The notes below the pieces were generated by a model, which was not told the DNA's origin, made no database searches, and saw nothing but the letters and a program-made list of their open reading frames with translations. From Chiloscyllium plagiosum (lineage: Eukaryota): 64,000 nt of DNA. Numbering within the stretch: position 1 is the first letter of the stretch; each line of letters begins with the position of its first letter. The stretch lies in assembly GCF_004010195.1 (NCBI RefSeq), contig NC_057718.1:76407642-76471641 (forward strand), read 5' to 3'. Shown in pieces: positions 59,367 to 64,000 of this stretch. A program made the position numbers and the translations under genes.

Positions 59367-61331
59367 TACAAAGATGGAAGATGGTTTCTATTGTAGAATG
59401 CGTGACAGGCTTTATACTATGCTAGAAAATACAAACTAACTTATAGGTAAGGACTTAAAGTCACGTGATATTTATTTGCTGAATTTCCACTATTTTATCC
59501 CACATATCTGTAAGATATTTTTTAAAAATACAAAAATTCTTTCATTATCCATTAATTCAACCTTTGTTTGACCACATTCCAACCATCTGACCCCAGTTAG
59601 TGCCGATAAATGTTAGTGATGTGCTAATTACTTACATTCTGGAATACATAGATCTTTCCATGTCCTAAATTTGCATGGTGCTTGGAACTGCCAGAAAACA
59701 TATGGAAGTGACTGAACATAACACAATTTCATTAAAGGTATTCACAACAAATAGAAACTCTGAATGAGTATTGAGACTGCCTCAGTACAGAGCAAGGTAA
59801 AAGCTAACCCTATTCATTCTTCACACAGGTTCCTGTTTACCAGCAGATGTGTCCACACCAGTTGATCTTTACTCAGATTGCATTGTAAAGTTATAAATAA
59901 CAACAAACAAATCCATGGCCTCAGTTCTTTAACATTGTCATCCTACGTCTTTTGGAAATGAAACCCATTAGGTAGTTGCATTACCATGAATGGGATTGGA
60001 ATGATCTGGCACTGACCCCTATAGAAAAGTTATTTGGCTTCAGAAGTATGTCTCTCTAAAACCTGTTCTGGCAAAGATGTTAAGTCAACAAGCGAAGTGA
60101 AACTAAGTAGTGGTTGAAATGTACATCTGCATGAGCCATCAAGTAGGATCTGGGACACACAGTAGCATTGAGTGAGTCATCTTGTATTTTAGTAACATGT
60201 TGTTATGGATGAAGAAGCGAAATAGCTCAGTTTGAGATGAGAAGTGAAGCCATTGCAATCTTTGCTCAGGAAAAGTCTGGAACCTCTCATCATTTTGCAG
60301 AGGAATTTCACTGGTTTCTTTTTTTTTGTTCCCTATCAATAACCAAACTTTAATCAGATTGCATTTAGAGCCTTTTTTTTTTGAAAAAAAGAATAGTCTT
60401 GCTTGCAGAGAGGCTTTATCTTAGAGTTGTAATTTATTGGACAACAGGACTAGTTTGTGGAACATGAGAAATTAAATTACACAGTACAAAAGATCAAAAC
60501 GTTTTTTTATATTTGTATATAGATGTAATGCACTTTTACAATCCATGCTTATGTACAAAAACTGTTTCCAGTAGTAATTTTGGGGAGTTATAAAGAAAAT
60601 AAATCAATGCTAGTATAGTTCGTGTTCAGGTTCATTTATTGACAACAGTTCTGCTGGAAATTCAACACTCTTGCCATTTTGAGACAAAAGAGGTGACCTT
60701 CACTTCTATCCCAGAATGATGGTTCATCTTAAAGTAATGTTAACATTTTGGTGGCCATATTGTTTTGCAAACATGTTGTATCTTTCCCCATGATTTTCTT
60801 TGTCAATTACTTCCCTCTACTCTCAGAACTGTGAGATGCTTTGCCTCCTCTTAGTTCACAACAATTGACACACTTGTCAAAAACCTGAAATCATATGGGA
60901 GCAACTTGAATTCCTGCTCTCAGCAACAGGACATCTACCTAGCTCTGCAATCTAGGCTGGCACATGATGTACCTTCACTTCTGCCATTTTTGGGAACATT
61001 GACAGCAAAAACAATTATTTGATATGTTTCCAAACCAGTTTGTAGGCCCTCTTCTGAATTTGGAGCTAAGACAGTTTACTGGCTACTGCAAAAACTCACT
61101 CTCCAGATAACTACAGAAAATGTGTACTAGACACTTGATGTTTATACAAGGAAGGTGTAGGAAAACATCATTTGGAAAACATTCAATTCTTCAATTCTTT
61201 ATGTTCCTTCCTTTGATGAACAAACAAAGGCAATCACCATTCTCCTGACCTGCCTCCCCTGTCTTGGGATAGACTGTTGAAGCACAATGAGCAATATGTG
61301 GTGTCAGAATTCATCTGGCTTTAAAGACATT

Positions 61332-61366
61332 CACCTGATGAAGGAGCGGCGCTCCGAAAGCTAGTG
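61332..61366 (+). ncRNA. Minimal hammerhead ribozyme motif (second PLE family; fragment extends to about 61412)
   Basis: CAC-CTGATGA-A-GGAGC-GGC-GCTCC-GAAAGCTA-GTG: stem I CAC/GTG, 5-bp stem II, palindromic AGCT, CUA triplet. Confidence 0.75.
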
Positions 61367-61544
61367 CTTCCAAATAAACCTGTTGAACTATAACCTGGTG
61401 TGATTTTTAACTTAGAAAAATTGTACCTTCTTCCAAGTTTAATTTAGTCCCGATATCCCATCAATCAGGATAATCTTGATACTAGTGTTTGGGGGAAAAA
61501 AATACTTATACTGACTTGTAAAGAAAGAAGAACCTTTTTTTTCA

Positions 61545-61648
61545 AAACAAACAAAAGTAGAGATTGCTGGAAATGCTCAACAGGTCTGGCAGCATCTGTG
61601 GACAGAAATCAGGGTTAACGCTTTTTGTCAAGTGACCCTTCCTCAGAA
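61545..61648 (-). mobile_element. PLE 3'-end fragment
   Basis: TTGCTGGAAATGCTCAACAGGTCTGGCAGCATCTGTGG...GACCCTTCCTCAGAA. Confidence 0.75.
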
Positions 61649-62047
61649 CTTTTAACAATGAGATTATTGCACAATATCCAAGGGATTTGTTGGTGTTTAA
61701 TAATAATTTGTTATTGAGTTATGGATTTCTGAACACAATGAAGAGTAATGCAGTTGTTGCCTTGTGTTATGCCGGAGGCCCTATTGACATCCCAAAAAAC
61801 ATGTGTGGGAGATGGAGGTTGTTTATCACATTCGGAAAGCATGAGTGCACCTTTTCAGTCAGTTAATGATACATGTTCCATCCAGGTCTGAAAAACCTGT
61901 AAGAATATAAATAAAGGACCAATTATTTCTTTAGCCAGCAAGTGTTTGAAATGAGGATCACGCTAACACATAGAGAGATTTGTATGTAAAATAATGATCA
62001 ACAGATTAGATGGACCCAGCATCCTATTTCTGGGCTATAATTTCAAT

Positions 62048-62350
62048 TTTAGATTAGGTTACTTACAGTGTGGAAACAGGCCCTTCGGCCCAACAAGTCC
62101 ACACCGACCCGTCAAAGCGCAACCCACCCAGACCCATTCCCCTACATTTACCCCTTCGCCTAACACTACGGACAATTTAGCGTGGTCAATTCACCTGACC
62201 TGCACATTTGTGGACTGTGGGAGGAAACCGGAGCACCCGGAGGAAACCCACACAGACACGGGGAGAATTTGCAAGCTCCACACAGTCAGTCGCCTGAGGT
62301 GGGAATTGAACCCAGGTCTCTGGCGCTGTGAGGCAGCAGTGCTAATCACT
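62048..62350 (-). mobile_element. HE1-type tRNA SINE
   Basis: Reverse complement of 45058-45372. Confidence 0.92.
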
Positions 62351-62399
62351 GTTTCTCTTCATCATGCTGTTGTGTGTGGTGATTAGGAACCAATTTATG

Positions 62400-62570
62400 A
62401 ACGATCAGTTTGGTTCTAGGGAAGAGGATTGAGATGAACATGTGAAGATAATGAGTGAAGTAGGAAACAGTAAGTGGCTTCATGTATCTGGGGTCAGTGC
62501 TCGCAGAAGATGGAAATATGGGAATTGAAATTAAGCAAAAGATTAGCTTGATTTAGAATAATTGGAGGGT
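62400..62570 (+). mobile_element. Short RTE-like RT fragment
   Basis: FMYLGSVLAEDGN...EIKQKI. Confidence 0.55.
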
Positions 62571-63631
62571 ATAAGGTAATGGCTTTGAAAGGGTTAAGTT
62601 TGGAGACCTCATTAGTCCACACCTAATCTGATGATGTTACACATTTTGTCTCATTCAATGTCACAATGTCATTAGATGCATCCTTGCCAGTTCCTGATAG
62701 ACTGAGTAATGATGGCTTACTAGTCAATGTAACTTGCACCTAACATGTATGCAATTAACCGTATCATGTTGTTAAGACAAGTACCTCTTCTGTTAAGACT
62801 TACTAATGGTTGATCTGCTAATGTTTTGTCACAAGGAAGATTGGTGGTAGTACTCTAAACCTGGTAGTGGTTACTTCTGCGAACATTTGACTGAGTGTTA
62901 TGTTTCAGGGGTGTTCAGCAAAGATTGCAGAAGCATTGACGGAGGTAGCTCTGAGGAACTTGAAATGATATGGTCAGCTAGTGTAGGGGGAGAGAGGTAG
63001 AGAAATAAGTAACTGACAAGAGAAGTTGGAGAAGGATGATCAACCAATATTGTGGTGATCCCAAGTGAAATCGGAGAAGCTGACGGGAGAACAGTAATAC
63101 AAAGTATGCAAGTTTCATCTGGCAACAGTGGGTTGGAGGAGGAGTTAACTGCTATCAATGAGAATGGGACTTACAGAAACAGAGGGGTGTGGTTATGGCT
63201 AACACACACGATATCACAGTTAACGTAATGATTGCCAGTTTAGTACTGTGTTTATGAATGCTGAAACTATGTTTCAAATTGCCAGGAACCATTAGGTCAT
63301 ATTTTTAAATAATGTTCTGATATGTTTTGACAATGCAGTGAAATGCTTTGCAGAGTCCTGTGTAATTGCCAAGCTTCCTAATTTGTTCCGAAGTTTCTAG
63401 AGCATGTACTGTGTCCCACATTGCACTCACTTGTAAGGCCAAATATGTCATAGTTTTTGTCTTTATCACAGTTCTCAGCCCTACTGCTGCATTTAAGAGG
63501 TACTGAATTTCTGGGAGCTACATTACAGAGTGGGAAAGAGGAATTTAAAAAAAAACACATGATGTGAGATTAAAACACTACTTCAGTACATGCTCCATGA
63601 TGCATAACATTGGGAGCTGAAGAAATATTAG

Positions 63632-63898
63632 AATAGATTCCCTACAGTATTGAAACAGGCCCTTTGGCCCAACAAGTCCACACCAACCCTCCAAATAGTA
63701 GCCCACCCAGACTCATTCCCCTACATTTACCCCGACTAACACACCTAACGCTATGGGCAATTTAACATGGCCAATCCACCCTAACCAGCACATCTTTGAA
63801 TTATGGGAGGAAACCCACACAGACACAGGGAGAATGTGCAAACTCCACACAGATAGTCACCCAGTGCAGGCATTGAACCAGGGTCCCTTGTGCTGTGA
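63632..63898 (-). mobile_element. HE1-type tRNA SINE, cut by a CR1 tail insertion
   Basis: Homologous to the other SINE copies. Confidence 0.88.
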
Positions 63899-64000
63899 AC
63901 ATAGAACATAGAACATAGAAAAATACAGCGCAGTACTGGCCCTTTGGCCCTCGATGTTGCGCCGATCCAAGCCCACCTAACCTACACTAGCCCACTATCC
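63899..64000 (-). mobile_element. CR1 3' tail running off the window
   Basis: (CATAGAA)n tail followed by TACAGCGCAGTACTGGCCCTTTGGCCC. Confidence 0.8.

Noticed and set aside
62898..63158. 86-aa minus-strand ORF in a purine-rich stretch
   Set aside because: No recognisable motif or splice signals; compatible with chance.

Overview
Repeat-dense vertebrate genomic DNA, almost certainly from a cartilaginous fish (shark). The taxon is inferred from HE1-type tRNA SINEs, abundant CR1 LINEs with (CTATGACT)n tails and Penelope-like elements (PLEs). It is intronic or intergenic: I recognise no host protein-coding gene, only one candidate 43-nt micro-exon and a possible promoter/first exon. Nearly all long ORFs in the track are transposon remnants, GA-repeat artefacts or N-gap artefacts. 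Main points: (1) a 3.8-kb class III (ERV-L/ERV-S-like) endogenous retrovirus at 42500-46340, with both LTRs, a 5-bp target-site duplication (TSD), a degenerate tRNA-Ser PBS, ERV-L/Fv1-type gag and protease, and most of pol replaced by an inverted LTR fragment; (2) about 15 PLE-derived pieces, many being fold-back mini-elements with 10-17-bp TSDs and minimal hammerhead-ribozyme cores; (3) a degenerate 31-bp tandem array scattered over about 27 kb and split by later insertions; (4) a 2.5-kb GA-rich plus CR1 chimeric insert inside a PLE; (5) a near full-length RTE LINE carrying four nested insertions, one a full-length CR1; (6) a decayed Gypsy LTR retrotransposon. Family names come from motif recognition by eye, not from database searches.
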